This document shows positions 10,882-21,166 of a stretch of DNA of 64,000 nucleotides, piece after piece. Source of the stretch: an uncultured Acidobacteriota bacterium (GTDB lineage Bacteria > Acidobacteriota > Terriglobia > Acidiferrales > UBA7541); the NCBI GenBank assembly GCA_963828935.1, contig CAWHGP010000005.1:359100-423099 (forward strand), written 5' to 3'. Below the pieces are notes generated by a model. It was not told the DNA's origin and made no database searches. It saw nothing but the letters and a program-made list of their open reading frames with translations. The translations under genes were made by a program, and so were the position numbers. Every line of letters begins with the position of its first letter. Within the stretch, counting starts at the first letter, position 1.

Positions 10882-11263
10882 GTTAGCTTTGAGCGAAAAG
10901 CAGACGCCCCAAGTATTGAAAAGGTTGGAAAGCCAAAGGAACAAATAGAAGGCGTGGATTCGAGCTCCGTGCTTAGAAGGCAGACGGTCTTTCCGCCGGA
11001 GAGCGGTCGCAATTCGATAGTGAATCTGCTGCTTTCCTGAGCTTCGGCCAAAGCGCGTGGCCATTTAGGGTGCCGTTCCGAGGCGCATACCTCACGTTCG
11101 CGTCTTGATCGGTATGGGGAAAATTCGGGGGACTCCATGCATGCCGAGCCACATTGTCGTACATCGTGCCACTACCAATTCTTCCGCTAAATCCTTTTCT
11201 TTCAGAAGTAAGATTGAAAAGGAAGGACTTCCCAGAAGTACCCGTGTAGGGCTCCCCACTAAT

Positions 11264-12123
11264 TTAGACTGTCAGGGTCTCGTTTTTTAGGTCAACTGCA
11301 AAAGCTAAGAAGGCCTCGTGGGGAGTACGATTTTGGACTCGGCGATGAGGCCGGTCGTGATTGTATTCCTGGATCCAACGAGCGATCGATGCTTGCGCTT
11401 CTTCTAAGCTGCGATACTCCGCCGTCCAGACTTCCTCTTCCTTCAAGCTGCGATGGAACCGTTCGATGTAGCTGTTGCCTTCCGGGTGATGATAGGCCGT
11501 CCGCCGATAGGTGATGCCGAGCCGCCCGAGCGTTTCCAGGAAGCGTGACGAAGTGAACTGTGTCCCGTTAGCAGTCGTCAGCGTCACGTTCTCCTCGCGG
11601 CTGCCCGAGGGCAGCCGTTTGAGCACCGCTTGTGCGAGCGCTAGAAGAGCATCTTCGGTCCGGCAGCGATGCCAGAGATTCCAGCCCACGATCTCTCGCG
11701 TGCAGCAGTCGATCACACAGACCAGGTACGCCCAACCTACGGCAGGACCCGCCCAGATCTTGGTCAGGTCCTACTGCCAGATCTGATTTGGCCCGGCTGC
11801 TTCCACCCCGCCCCCTTCTTTCTTCCGTCGTGCTCGCAGCGAACTAGCCAGCTCCGCTCGCGCATCACCCGCAACACCCGCTTGCGCTTCACCACCAGTC
11901 CTTCCTTTCGTCGCAGCCACCACGCTACACGGCGATACCCGTACGCGGGTTTCTCACCGCACGCGATCACGATCTTCTCGTCGTAGGTTCGATCCGCCCG
12001 GCTGCCTCGCGGCCGTTTCTGGTAGCACCGACTCAACCGGCTGATGGCCAACGTCGCCGCCACCAGAGTAGCTGTATAACCCTGAGTCAGCATCTCCCGC
12101 GCCTGGGAATGAAACCTCACCAC
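11264..12123 (-). pseudogene. IS3-family transposase orfB (integrase core) with a frameshift and an in-frame stop
   Basis: ORF 11764..12123 and ORF 11264..11716 are in different frames. In the downstream frame the sequence reads ...VEAAGPNQIWQ*DLTKIWAGPAVGWAYLVCVIDCCTREIVGW, with a TAG at 11771-11773. DDE-type core: TANGTQFTS...YHHPEGNSYIERFHRSLKEE. Confidence 0.8.
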
Positions 12124-12126
12124 AGC

Positions 12127-12414
12127 TCACTCTCCCACGACGTTTTTTAGGATTTCGATCTCCAGCGACTTCCTCCCCAGCGTTCGTTCCAACTGCCGGA
12201 TGCGATGATCCTTCTCGGTTTCCGCCGCGGCAGCGCTTCTCCCCCCAAGCGCTGCCTTTGCTCCCTGCTCGGCTTCATCCTTCCACCGATAGAAAAGGCT
12301 CGTAGCGATCCCCTGACGGCGACACGTCTCCGAAACGCTACCGCTCTTGATTCCTTCCTGCACGATCTGCCACTTTTCTTCCGGGGATCGATCTACGCGT
12401 GGTTTCCTGCCCAT
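12127..12414 (-). CDS. IS3-family transposase orfA (HTH)
   Basis: MGRKPRVDRSPEEKWQIVQEGIKSGSVSETCRRQGIATSLFYRWKDEAEQ... followed by a leucine-zipper-like tail (LERTLGRKSLEIEILKNV). Confidence 0.8.
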   Translation of the reverse strand: MGRKPRVDRSPEEKWQIVQEGIKSGSVSETCRRQGIATSLFYRWKDEAEQGAKAALGGRSAAAAETEKDHRIRQLERTLGRKSLEIEILKNVVGE

Positions 12415-12459
12415 GTTGCCTCCTATTTGGAGGCCCTGATCTTACCTATTGTCTATCAC

Positions 12460-13426
12460 ATAATATAGTGACATGGCCGGGATTCCATGCCATCGTTCGG
12501 GCATGGGAAATCCTAAAGGTGTACGACGCGACTTTGCCGGACTCGAACAGCGGCGTCTGCGGGCAGCACGCTTACTTGAAAAGGGCGTCAGTCAGTCGCA
12601 AGTCGCTCGACAAGTCGGTGTGCATCGCCAGTCGGTCAGTCGTTGGGCGCAGCAACTGGAAAAAGAAGGCCATTCAGGCCTGGAGCAAGCTGGTCGAGTC
12701 GGACGGAAGCCACGCTTGAGCGCCCGAGACCTGGAGCGGATCGAGCGCGCTCTGAAGCGCGGACCGGAAGCGTTCGGCTATGACACCGGATTGTGGACTG
12801 CAGCGCGGGTGGCGGATTTGATCGAACAGGAATGCGGGATCGCCTATCACACCGGATATGTATGGCGGCTGCTGCGACAGCTCGGCTGGAGTTGCCAACG
12901 CCCGACGGGACGAGCTCTGGAGCGCGATGAGCGAGCTATTGCGCAGTGGAGGCGCAAGCGCTGGCCAGAGATTAAAAAAAAGCCCAAAAACAAGGGTTTG
13001 TCATCGTCTTCGTCGATGAAAGCGGGCTGAGCCAGAGACCGCATCGTTGCCGAACCTGGGCACCGCGAGGCATCACTTCAATTGGAAAACCTTGTCCGCG
13101 ATGGCTGGTGTAACCTGGTGGAACTTCTACTTTCGACTCTTCTCAGGCTCGATCCGCAGCCCACAGGTCATTCAGTTCCTCCAGCATCTCGCGCATCATC
13201 TCGATTGCAAACTGTTGGTGGTTTGGGACGCCTACGCTCCCGAGTTAAATCCAGTCGAGTATCTCTGGAGCTACTGGAAACGACACGAACTGCCCAACTT
13301 CTGTCCGCAGACCTTCTGGCAGATGAGCCATTATGCCCGCAGGGCTCTTCGCCGGATGCGCAGACGCACCACGCTCGTAACTGGCTTCTGGGCTCAGGCA
13401 GACCTGTTCTGATGTCACTATATTAT
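12460..13426 (+). mobile_element. Degenerate IS630-like element (second family) with perfect 15-bp terminal inverted repeats
   Basis: ATAATATAGTGACAT at 12460-12474 and its exact reverse complement ATGTCACTATATTAT at 13412-13426. The transposase ATG lies inside the left repeat. Confidence 0.8.
12473..13412 (+). pseudogene. IS630-like transposase, frameshifted and internally deleted
   Basis: The N-terminal HTH part is intact (ORF 12473..13030). The frame is lost at the A8 run 12974-12981; the shifted frame reads KKAQKQGFVIVFVDESGLSQRPHRCRTWAPRG. Later segments (HFNWKTLSAMAGVTWWNFYFRLF...KLLVVWD|AYAPELNPVEYLW) show further gaps relative to a normal DDE domain. Confidence 0.75.
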
Positions 13427-13642
13427 GCGGGGCTCAATAATTCATGGGTCCAGTTTTAGACGGGAGCACTACAATACCATCCTTAGGCCCAACTATACTC
13501 CGCAGATAATCCGTCGTCCTTCGCCAGACCTCCATCCATCACACAAAGTGGGACAATTACTCGGCCCTTCATTCCCCAATGCCGTTCTGTCAAAGGCTGC
13601 GGAATGACGTGCTAATTGGGACGTGTCGGCTCTGCAATTGTT

Positions 13643-14884
13643 TCATTGCCCTATCAGAGCACGATTGCCTGCGGTAATGGGCGCAAACTTCTGAATGCGC
13701 TTGGCCTGTTCCACCTCACCGGTATAGATGTTGCCTTTTGAGTCCACTCCGATAGCATTGATCCAGTGGAACTGGCCCGCGTACTTTCCGTTGCCTCCGA
13801 ATGAGCCGAGCGTCTTACCGGTCTTTCGGTCCAGAATCCAGACGCAGTCATTGGTCCCGTCTGCCACGTACATATAGGTTTGCTCCGGGTCCTTTGAGAA
13901 GACCATCTTGTACGTAGTTCCACAGGGAGGCATCTTCGTATTTGGTGGCAGACCACCGCAATCAGGTCCGCGGGCAGGTGTGTTCGGTGAGACGTAGAAA
14001 TCCTGCAGCCACTTGCCCTGCTTGGTGTACACCGAGATGCGGTCTTGGCCCCTCTCGCCAACGTAGACCAGCCCATCATTAGAGATGTCCACGAAGTGCA
14101 GGTCCGGCACGAAGTTCTTCTCTTCTGGAGGGGGAGCGCCCATCCATTTGTAGGGCGGAATGGGATCATTGGAAATCTCACTCAGGACCATACCGTGGCC
14201 ACCCCAGCCGCGCTTGAAAGCGCCAGTGTCCATGTCAAATACGAGGACACGCTTCCAATTGATCACGTAAAGCTCGTGGGCATCCTCGTCCAGATTAAAA
14301 CGACCCTTAGATAATAGAATATCAGTCTGCTGATTGTTTTCCTTGAGTGGTGGCGAATCTTTCGGCGGTCGGTGGTCGAAGTCCCAGAGGAGCTTCCCAC
14401 CGCGAGTGAATTTGAGGATGCTATCCTGGGGAGCGGTGCCGCCTATCCAGACGTTGCCCTCCCGATCCACCAGGATGGTCTGTAGGGCTGTGGGCCATTG
14501 CGGAATATAACCCGGTCCACCCCACGCGCTGAGCACATTGCCTTCGGGATCGAGTTCGATCACCTCGGGTCCGCGCACGCAACAGGCGATGCGTGGCGGA
14601 TTGCCTTCGCCCCCAATTTCATCGCCGTCTGCTGATGCTCCGCGATTCAGAAACCAGACGTGGTCGTTTTTCTTTTCCACATACAGGCCGGTCACCTGCT
14701 GCATGCTCCATCGATTCGGCAAAAGCTTCGGCCAGAAGGGGTCCACGCGGAACATGGGTACCGCTTCCAGAGTCTGGGTTGCACCTTTTGACTGCGCGTG
14801 CTCTCGGAGAGGTGCAGCAATCGACAGGAAACACATTGCAAAAGCTAGGGCAATTACGCCACGTGATTGGTTCCGAATAGTCAT
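13643..14884 (-). CDS. Exported NHL-repeat-like beta-propeller protein
   Basis: Signal peptide (VIALAFAMCFLSIAAPLREHAQ). Repeated blade-like motifs are present (DREGNVWIGG, NDGLVYVGERGQDRISVY, YMYVADGTNDCVWILD, DSKGNIYTGEVEQAKRIQKF). Confidence 0.65.
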   Translation of the reverse strand: MTIRNQSRGVIALAFAMCFLSIAAPLREHAQSKGATQTLEAVPMFRVDPFWPKLLPNRWSMQQVTGLYVEKKNDHVWFLNRGASADGDEIGGEGNPPRIACCVRGPEVIELDPEGNVLSAWGGPGYIPQWPTALQTILVDREGNVWIGGTAPQDSILKFTRGGKLLWDFDHRPPKDSPPLKENNQQTDILLSKGRFNLDEDAHELYVINWKRVLVFDMDTGAFKRGWGGHGMVLSEISNDPIPPYKWMGAPPPEEKNFVPDLHFVDISNDGLVYVGERGQDRISVYTKQGKWLQDFYVSPNTPARGPDCGGLPPNTKMPPCGTTYKMVFSKDPEQTYMYVADGTNDCVWILDRKTGKTLGSFGGNGKYAGQFHWINAIGVDSKGNIYTGEVEQAKRIQKFAPITAGNRALIGQ

Positions 14885-15367
14885 AAAATTTCTCCCCCTT
14901 ACATATTGTCTGAGGATTTGAAGGCGTGCGAGTTTGGTTGCTACGACACGGAACTCTGTTCGCGGAGTTTACCCACGATACCGGACGAGGTCAATAGTTG
15001 TGCGTGATAGGTTTGTGAAGCTGAGTACTAAAACCATACCAAACGTTCTTTGACGGTGCTTGCTTCGGGAACTAGATTGCGACGATGTCTTATTCGCTCG
15101 CATGAAAGATCTCGTCTCGGTTCGTTCCAGTCATGGGGCAGCCTAACCTCTACTGTGGTCATGTGGTCGCTTGAACTTTTTGCGCGTTGGAGTTTGGCAC
15201 CGATCGACGGAGGCCGAGTCCCTACTTGTCCGGCTTGGCGAGTCGATCTGCACTTAAGCACCAGCCTCACCGACCGAAACCTTGTAATGAGATGGTCTTT
15301 GTGACTGTTTACCCTTCGAAAAGAGTGAAAAAATGCTGTGCGCCTTTCGTTGGGGAAGAGCTTACGT

Positions 15368-16450
15368 CTACGATAACACTTTAAACTTGGGGAAGAGAGT
15401 CAGGGCGTTGCCGCGCTCGATCAATTGGAGCTGCTCCTGCGTATAGACGCCGCAGTTCTGCAGCCCCATAACGTGCTCGCCGATGTGCGTGCCGGATAAT
15501 CCGTCCCCAGGAGAATCTGCGACAGTGGCACGACTTTGCTGAGCGCCGATTGTGCCACATCGTTCGAGGTCCACGCTGTGTCATAGAAAAACTTCGCGGC
15601 GATAGCGTCGAAACCGTTTGGGAAATTTGCCCTCTGATTGGGGCCGCGCGCGGCCGCGCGGAAACGCTCGACCAAATACGGCATCGTTCCTCCGCCGTGC
15701 GAGAAGATCATGCGCACATTGGGATAGCGGAAAGCGGCGCCGTTGAAGAGCATGTTGGCAAAGGCGCGCGTGGTATCGGTCTGCCACTCGATCGTGCCAT
15801 CCCCGACGCCCTTGATGAGTTCCTTGCAACAATCGGCGGTAATGGGATGGGTGAAGACGATCGCGTTGCGCCTGTTGAGTTCCTCGAATACGGGATCGAA
15901 ATGGGAATCGCCAAGCCACTTATCGCCGTAATTCGTATACATCCCGACGCCTTCGAGTTTGAGGGTGTCGTAGACGTACTCGATTTCCCTGAGTGCGGTG
16001 TCAATGTGTGGTAGCGGAAGAAACGCGAAGATGCCAAATTTCCCTGGATGATCGTTCGCCAACTTCGCCGCAAACTCGTTAGAGGGCCGCGCGATTTTAT
16101 CCACAGTGGCCGGATCGTAGTGTGGCGGAATCGAGGTGATGGCCGCTGCCACTCCATAGGTGTTCATCTCCTCCAAGGCTTTTTCGGGAGTCCATTTGGC
16201 GAAGCCACCCAGCTCGGCGGCACCCATCGTTTCGATTAAAATCGGCGGCGTAAAGTGGCCGTGTATGTCAATTCGCCCAAGTTTGGGAAGCTCGGACGGC
16301 GACTCAATGAGCGAGGTCGCCGCGCCCATTAACAAGTTCGCGGGGCCGGCTAGCTAAGAGGGCGCCTGCTCCGGCCACCGCAGCCGACGTCAAAAAGCGT
16401 CGGCGGGAGGTCCCCGGTAAGTCACCTAGAAACCCGTTCTCACGTTTCAC
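15368..16450 (-). pseudogene. Amidohydrolase-2 (ACMSD-like metal-dependent hydrolase) with a Tat-like leader, two apparent frameshifts
   Basis: Core ORF 15421..16335 (IDIHGHFTPP..., FSHGGGTMPYLVERF, ILLGTDYP). The Tat-like leader SRRRFLTSAAVAGAGALLAS is in another frame upstream (shift near 16350). The natural C-terminus THIGEHVMGL...ERGNALTLFPKFK is in ORF 15368..15574 (shift near 15491-15494). Confidence 0.65.
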
Positions 16451-17153
16451 GTGCTTGGTTTTGTCGCAACTCATGTCCGCTCCTTTGAGCGCTCTTTGGG
16501 GCCGTTGACTAAGTTAAATTGCGATGCAGCTTTTAGGTATCTAATCACCGGCAATATGAGGCGTTTAGCACTGTTCTTGAGTCATGTCAACAGTTTTGCG
16601 AAACGGCACGCGAAGACTTGTAGAAAGGGCTATCGCCAAATACATGCTTCCAACGCAACGGAGAGGACCTATTGTCCCCAAAACAGATGCAACCAGCACG
16701 GTGCGAATGCGCGCGAGCTTGCTGGAGTTGTGTCAGGGTTGGCGAATTTTGAGCTCGATCTTCACCGACATGCACCTCTGAAACGACCTTCTCTTCCGCC
16801 ACGGGAAGCTGGAGCTTTCCCGACGCAGGGCTATGCGGACCAAGAGAGCGACCCGTGACGACAAAGCTCAGTCTGTAGTTCCGCCGACTCAGATTATGAA
16901 ATCGTGCAAATTTAGGCTTGGTCCCAGGAAATCCATGGTGCGTCCGCCCTAGAATTTCAAATCAATCGTTGCAAGGGGCTGAGAACGATACTGTCTGTTA
17001 CAATCGATTTGACAAAGAACGGCTTATCCTGACATTGGGCTTCCCTAGCCTAAGGTTTGTCCTTTATCGTAGCCGCATTTTTCGTATCGAGATCGATTTC
17101 TGAGGATTCGACACCAGCTCTGGACAGCCTAAGCCTTTCACCTTTGAACGCGA

Positions 17154-17402
17154 CTAATTTCGATCCTTGTGTAATTGTTTTTCCTTTTCGTTTAACAAGT
17201 GATATTCCCCGAGCTCCTCGTTATTCGTACAGAAGTATTCTTGCAAGCCCTCATGACCCAGCGTCCAACGACGGGAAGCTGACGGCCAGGATTTCGTCAG
17301 CACCTTGGAATCCTCGATGGTCACTTGGTAGATGAGGTAGTTCATAGAGGGACGGCTGAGGCGCTCGATCACATGCTCCTGATCGCTGTGGAACAACGCA
17401 TT
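17154..17402 (-). pseudogene. C-terminal piece of an A-superfamily exported protein, cut by IS630 copy 2
   Basis: FHSDQEHVIERLSRPSMNYLIYQVTIEDSKVLTKSWP...LQEYFCTNNEE parallels ...HIEERYTRVDQYTIQLTATLDDPKFYTKPW...EVFCVPSQ of the A genes. Confidence 0.6.
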
Positions 17403-18534
17403 TATTACTCCGAGCACTAAATTGATGACACTTTTCAGATGGCGGCGTATTGGACGTGGCGTTCGCGAAAGTAGTTCTTCACCAACTTGGGCCTAGCCTG
17501 TGTGATCCGAAGGTAAGAGCGAACGTTGCTCATCATCTCCTGCACGTTCACCGGACGGACACGACCCAGGGCGTTAGTCTTCACATCTTGGTTTAGCAAT
17601 TCGTCCGGATTCAGTTCTGGACTGTAAGACGGCAGCCAGAAGAGCCGAATTTGCGCAGCGCGCTTCGCTAACCATCGATTCACCAACCGCGATTTGTGTA
17701 CCGGGTGGCCATCCGCAATCAGGAACACTTTCCTCCTCGTCTTCCGCGTCAGTCGCAGGAGACGGCGGAGGAAATTCAAAAATACCCGCGCGGTGAAGCG
17801 CTGACGGAAAATCATGAAGGCCAACCGCCCCCGATTGGTGATCGCCGAGACCATGTTGCATCGGAAACGCTGCCCGGTCCCCCAGACAACCGGTGTTTGG
17901 CCGCGTCGTCCGTAGGACCGTCCCACTTGATGGTCCGAACGTAATCCCATCTCGTCCAACCAATGGATTTGCGCCTTGTATCGCCGTGCCCACGCTCGAA
18001 TGGCCGGGTATTCTTCTTCCAGCCATTTCCGCACCGTTGCTGGATTTTGTTCGTAGGCTCGCCGTACCGGTTTTTGCGGCGTCAAACCCCACGCTCGCAA
18101 ATAGCGTCCCACCGTCCACACCGAAACGGCCACACCGAACTTCCGAGACAAGAGCTGTTGCACCGCTTCTCGGGTCCACAGGGCAAAGGGTAAGCTCATC
18201 TGATCGGGACAGCCGCTGAGTATCCTGCGCACTGCGGTGGCCGCCTGGTGCGGGGCCAGGCGCGACCGCGGGGGACGCCCCCGACGACGGGCGCGCAGAG
18301 TCCGCAAGCCTTGCCGCTTGGCCCGGCTCACCCAGCCGTTGATGGTTCCCCGCGCTAGCCCAAAGACGCGAGCGGCCTCCGTTTGCGCCATCCCATTCCG
18401 AACTGCCTTCACCACGCGCAGGCGCAAGGTCTCCTGCGCCTTGGCAGGAAGAGAACGAGCATCGTGAGTTTCCATGCCCGCGACGATGGCACTCAATCAG
18501 GAGTCATGTCAACTATTTAATGCTCCGATTAGTA
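17403..18534 (-). mobile_element. IS630-family insertion sequence, copy 2 (intact), flanked by TA
   Basis: Same ends as copy 1, with TA at 17403-17404 and 18533-18534. Inserted between two pieces of one gene. Confidence 0.85.
17435..18496 (-). CDS. IS630-family transposase (353 aa, intact)
   Basis: Uninterrupted ORF with an N-terminal HTH region and a DDE-type C-terminal half (VFLIADGHPVHKS...YSPELNPDELLNQDVK). Confidence 0.9.
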   Translation of the reverse strand: MSAIVAGMETHDARSLPAKAQETLRLRVVKAVRNGMAQTEAARVFGLARGTINGWVSRAKRQGLRTLRARRRGRPPRSRLAPHQAATAVRRILSGCPDQMSLPFALWTREAVQQLLSRKFGVAVSVWTVGRYLRAWGLTPQKPVRRAYEQNPATVRKWLEEEYPAIRAWARRYKAQIHWLDEMGLRSDHQVGRSYGRRGQTPVVWGTGQRFRCNMVSAITNRGRLAFMIFRQRFTARVFLNFLRRLLRLTRKTRRKVFLIADGHPVHKSRLVNRWLAKRAAQIRLFWLPSYSPELNPDELLNQDVKTNALGRVRPVNVQEMMSNVRSYLRITQARPKLVKNYFRERHVQYAAI

Positions 18535-18914
18535 GGTCATTCGAGGTATTTTCATCAAGGGCGATCGAACGGCGCACATTTCACAGAAGACTTTCCTAGC
18601 TCATGCTCTGCCGGGCTGATCGCCTTGATTTTTCTGCCGCCCAAGGCTGGAAGGGAGGCTTCTCCTCAGGTGTTACCTTGGGATCGAATTGCCTTCGCGC
18701 CTCTGAGTCGGCGGTGGGGGTGCCATCGAATGCGTCGTCCGGAGTCACAAACTCCAAATCAATGCCTGCACCGTTGGGAAACCACACTCCAGACAAATCG
18801 GGATGTCCGTCGGCCGCGCGTGGCGGCGGCCCCCCAGGGGGTAACGCACGGATGCGTTCAGGAATATTTTTTTCTGGGCAACCGTTGACATAAAAACTAC
18901 ACACAGAACTACCA
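18535..18914 (-). pseudogene. N-terminal piece of the same interrupted A-superfamily gene, frameshifted
   Basis: PPPRAADGHPDLSGVWFPNG...KPPFQPWAAEK, then a frame change at the T5 run 18629-18633 to IKAISPAEHELGKSSVKCAPFDRP. About 100 aa of core are missing between this piece and 17154..17402. Confidence 0.55.
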
Positions 18915-19356
18915 GCAAGGCTCGCCCGCTCGGCCGCTGGAACCCAGCCCAGTTGCCGCAGGATGCGCCATCCTTGCGAGACATGGTAACGGACGCCACA
19001 TTCTTCTGCGGTCAAATGCGCTTCTTCGATCAAATGCGTCACACTCCCGGCTGTCCACAGTCACGTTTCGTAGCCCAGAGCTTCCGGTCTGCGCTTGGGC
19101 CCGCGCGCAATCTTTTGCAGATCTTCTGCATTCAGCCGAGGCTTACGCCCGGCCCGCCCGGCTTTCCGCAAACCCGACCGACCCGTCGCTTCCAGTTGTC
19201 GCGCCCAGCACCCGATTGCCGATGTGCTCCTATCCGGCGGGCCACTTCGGACTGGTGCATTCCTTCTTTTAGCAACTGTGCTCTGGCGTCGCACTCCCGC
19301 TGGGTCTCCCATGCGCGCACGCTATCACAACAAGCCATTCATGTACTATATTATTC
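18915..19356 (-). mobile_element. Fragment (N-terminal third plus one terminal repeat) of the second IS630-like family
   Basis: Translations GKPRLNAEDLQKIARGPKRRPEALGYET and YHVSQGWRILRQLGW parallel GRKPRLSARDLERIERALKRGPEAFGYDT and YHTGYVWRLLRQLGW of 12473..13030. The end sequence CATGTACTATATTAT resembles the 15-bp repeat. Several frameshifts. Confidence 0.65.
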
Positions 19357-19438
19357 AGTTAATCGTTCGAGACAAGTCGACTACAATGAGCGCCTGGACC
19401 GCTCGCGACTCGCGCTGCCGAGGCCTTGCGGCGAGTGA

Positions 19439-20587
19439 TCAATATCGATACTTAATGATGAGATGCTTCTTGTTGGATGTCCCATCTCCCCACGGCTGTC
19501 CTGTGTCGCGATTCAGTGGCCACGGGTTCTTCACAACGAGATCAAACCACGCGGCTTCCTTTAGCAGACTGGTATCAATCGTGACTTGCAGTTCGCCCGG
19601 GCTTACCACCTTCAATGGTACAGCGATGCCTTTGAAAAGCACTTGTGACTTGCGCACGAAGTTGAATCCCTTGAGAAAAACAGTCGCGGTCGGACTTCCT
19701 TCTGTCAGCATAACGGGATCGATTGTTTCGATGGCGGGGTCTGGGGACTCCACGGGATCGCCCAGCGCAGGGCCTCGTCCTTCGCCGAACATTGCTTTCC
19801 TAAAGGCTTCGGCCCACTGTAATGCCTCCACCGGAGGATTGTGGCCAGATATTCTCCGGAAAGGATCCGAATACCAAGGGTGATATCCGAGTTCCACAAC
19901 CCTGCCGTCGAAAATCACGCTGTCAATCTGACGCAGATTGGTGATGTCTTGCAGCGGATCTTGCTTCACAATGATCACATCGGCGAGCTTCCCGCCTCTA
20001 TGGTACCCAATTCCTGATCCTTATTGATCATCTCCGCTGACCACTTCGTGGCTCCCTGGATAACCTGCATGGGTTTAACACCCGCTTCCGCATAAATCAT
20101 CATCTCATGGTGCAATTTAATACCCGGGACGTGGTGGCATTGGTGTTAGCGCCGGGAGTAAGGTGTCCACCCGCGTCCACGAGCATTTTTTGGAAGCGCA
20201 ATGCATTTTGCATCCTCTCATCCTCCGCTCGTACACGTCTGCCGGCTCTGGCACTCCGCTATCGACGCACACGGCCCCGCACCACGGCGGAATCTGGGTC
20301 GGGTTGTAGGTCGCCAGCGCTGTGATGACTCTATCCGGAGGGTAATATGCCGCAAGGTTGGGATCGCTCAGCAGCTTTCGGTCTTCCTGATCGAAGCGCG
20401 TCCATCCTTTGGATATCCCGGGTACTGCATCTTGAAAGTCGGGGTCAGCGCAGTCCCAAGTTGCTTTTGACGTCGCCAAGTGCGTCCCGCATTCCCCAAT
20501 CAACACCACCGGCTCGGCCGGGGTGATGTAGCCGCCTTCGGCCAGTTCACGGATTTTCGCTGCCGGAATCTGCGGCGCCCGCGCGAG
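19439..20587 (-). pseudogene. Amidohydrolase-family protein with a C-terminal Ig-like extension; 5-prime truncated and multiply frameshifted
   Basis: The pieces MMIYAEAGVKPMQVIQGATKWSAEMINKDQELGTIEAG / KLADVIIVKQDPLQDITNLRQIDSVIFDGRVV are separated by a 1-bp loss near 19995. Further pieces lie in ORF 20117..20509. The upstream end is cut by an IS3 fragment at 20588. Confidence 0.6.
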
Positions 20588-20884
20588 TGACCTGATCGGC
20601 TTGAATTAGTCCAGCGGGAGTGAGAGAAAATCACTCTAAAGGAGAGAGTTGGACGCCGATGAAGAAGTATAAGCCGGAGCAGATCGTGAATCTACTGCGG
20701 CAGGTCGAAGTGAAAATCGAGAACGGAAAAACCACACCGCAAGCCTGTAAGGAAGCGGAGACCACCCAGCAGACTTACTACCGCTGGAGAAAAGAATTCG
20801 GCGGCCTAAAGCTGGATCAAGCGAAACGGATGAAGGAACTAGAACGGGAGAACCCGAAGCTGAAGGGTTTAGCAGCAGAGCTGT
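20588..20884 (+). mobile_element. Left-end fragment (copy A) of a second IS3-family element
   Basis: Starts TGACCTGATCGGCTTGAATTAGTCCAGCGGGAG, as at 44403. Encodes orfA MKKYKPEQIVNLLRQVEVKIENGKTTPQACKEAETTQQTYYRWRKEFGGLKLDQAKRMKELERENPKLK, then homology stops. Confidence 0.8.
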
Positions 20885-21044
20885 GCGGGTTGGACCAATC
20901 GAACTTGGCGAAGGTACCCATCATGTCATGACAGGCTTTTACATTGAACCCCGCACCAAACGAGTAATGCGCAGATGAAGGAATCGCTAAAGCGAGAAGA
21001 GCGATCGCCGTTACTGCTGCCTTGCAGAGCCTATGTGCTACTTT
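20880..21044 (-). pseudogene. N-terminal fragment of a B-type (DUF6152-like) gene, truncated by the IS3 fragment
   Basis: The minus strand reads KVAHRLCKAAVTAIALLALAIPSSAHYSFGAGFN...GTFAKFDWSNPHS after a GGAGGG box. There is no intact start codon. It lies just downstream of TBDR1. Confidence 0.55.
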
Positions 21045-21166
21045 AAAACCCTCCTCGACGGTGGGGGGTTGCCCGATAGTGTACGAAATTACTCCACTGT
21101 CAACACTTGATTCGACTCGACCCCACCTAGGATTTGGCTCCCGAGTGAGGTCGAGTGAGTCTGTTA

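Larger units (their letters stand above)
11240..12450 (-). mobile_element. IS3-family insertion sequence (orfA intact, orfB broken); ends approximate
   Basis: orfA/orfB arrangement with orfB starting 4 nt after the orfA stop, and an rve integrase core. Terminal repeats could only be guessed. Confidence 0.7.

Noticed and set aside
12974-12981. The A8 run in the IS630-like transposase considered as a programmed ribosomal frameshift site.
   Set aside because: Shifting at the run does restore the expected KKAQKQGFVIVFVDESG sequence. However, the downstream DDE region carries additional gaps and frame changes, so the gene is dead regardless. A simple slippage mutation or sequencing error is more parsimonious.
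16451-16858. A 135-aa plus-strand ORF and a 71-aa minus-strand ORF in the 800-bp gap between the amidohydrolase-2 gene and the interrupted A-superfamily gene.
   Set aside because: They have no recognisable motifs, a basic low-complexity composition and no RBS. They are likely non-coding or eroded sequence.
17574-18179. A 201-aa ORF in an alternative frame inside the IS630 transposase (also at 2367..2972).
   Set aside because: It lies on the same strand, fully nested in the transposase coding region, and has an Arg/Gly/Ser-rich composition. There is no evidence for an overlapping gene.
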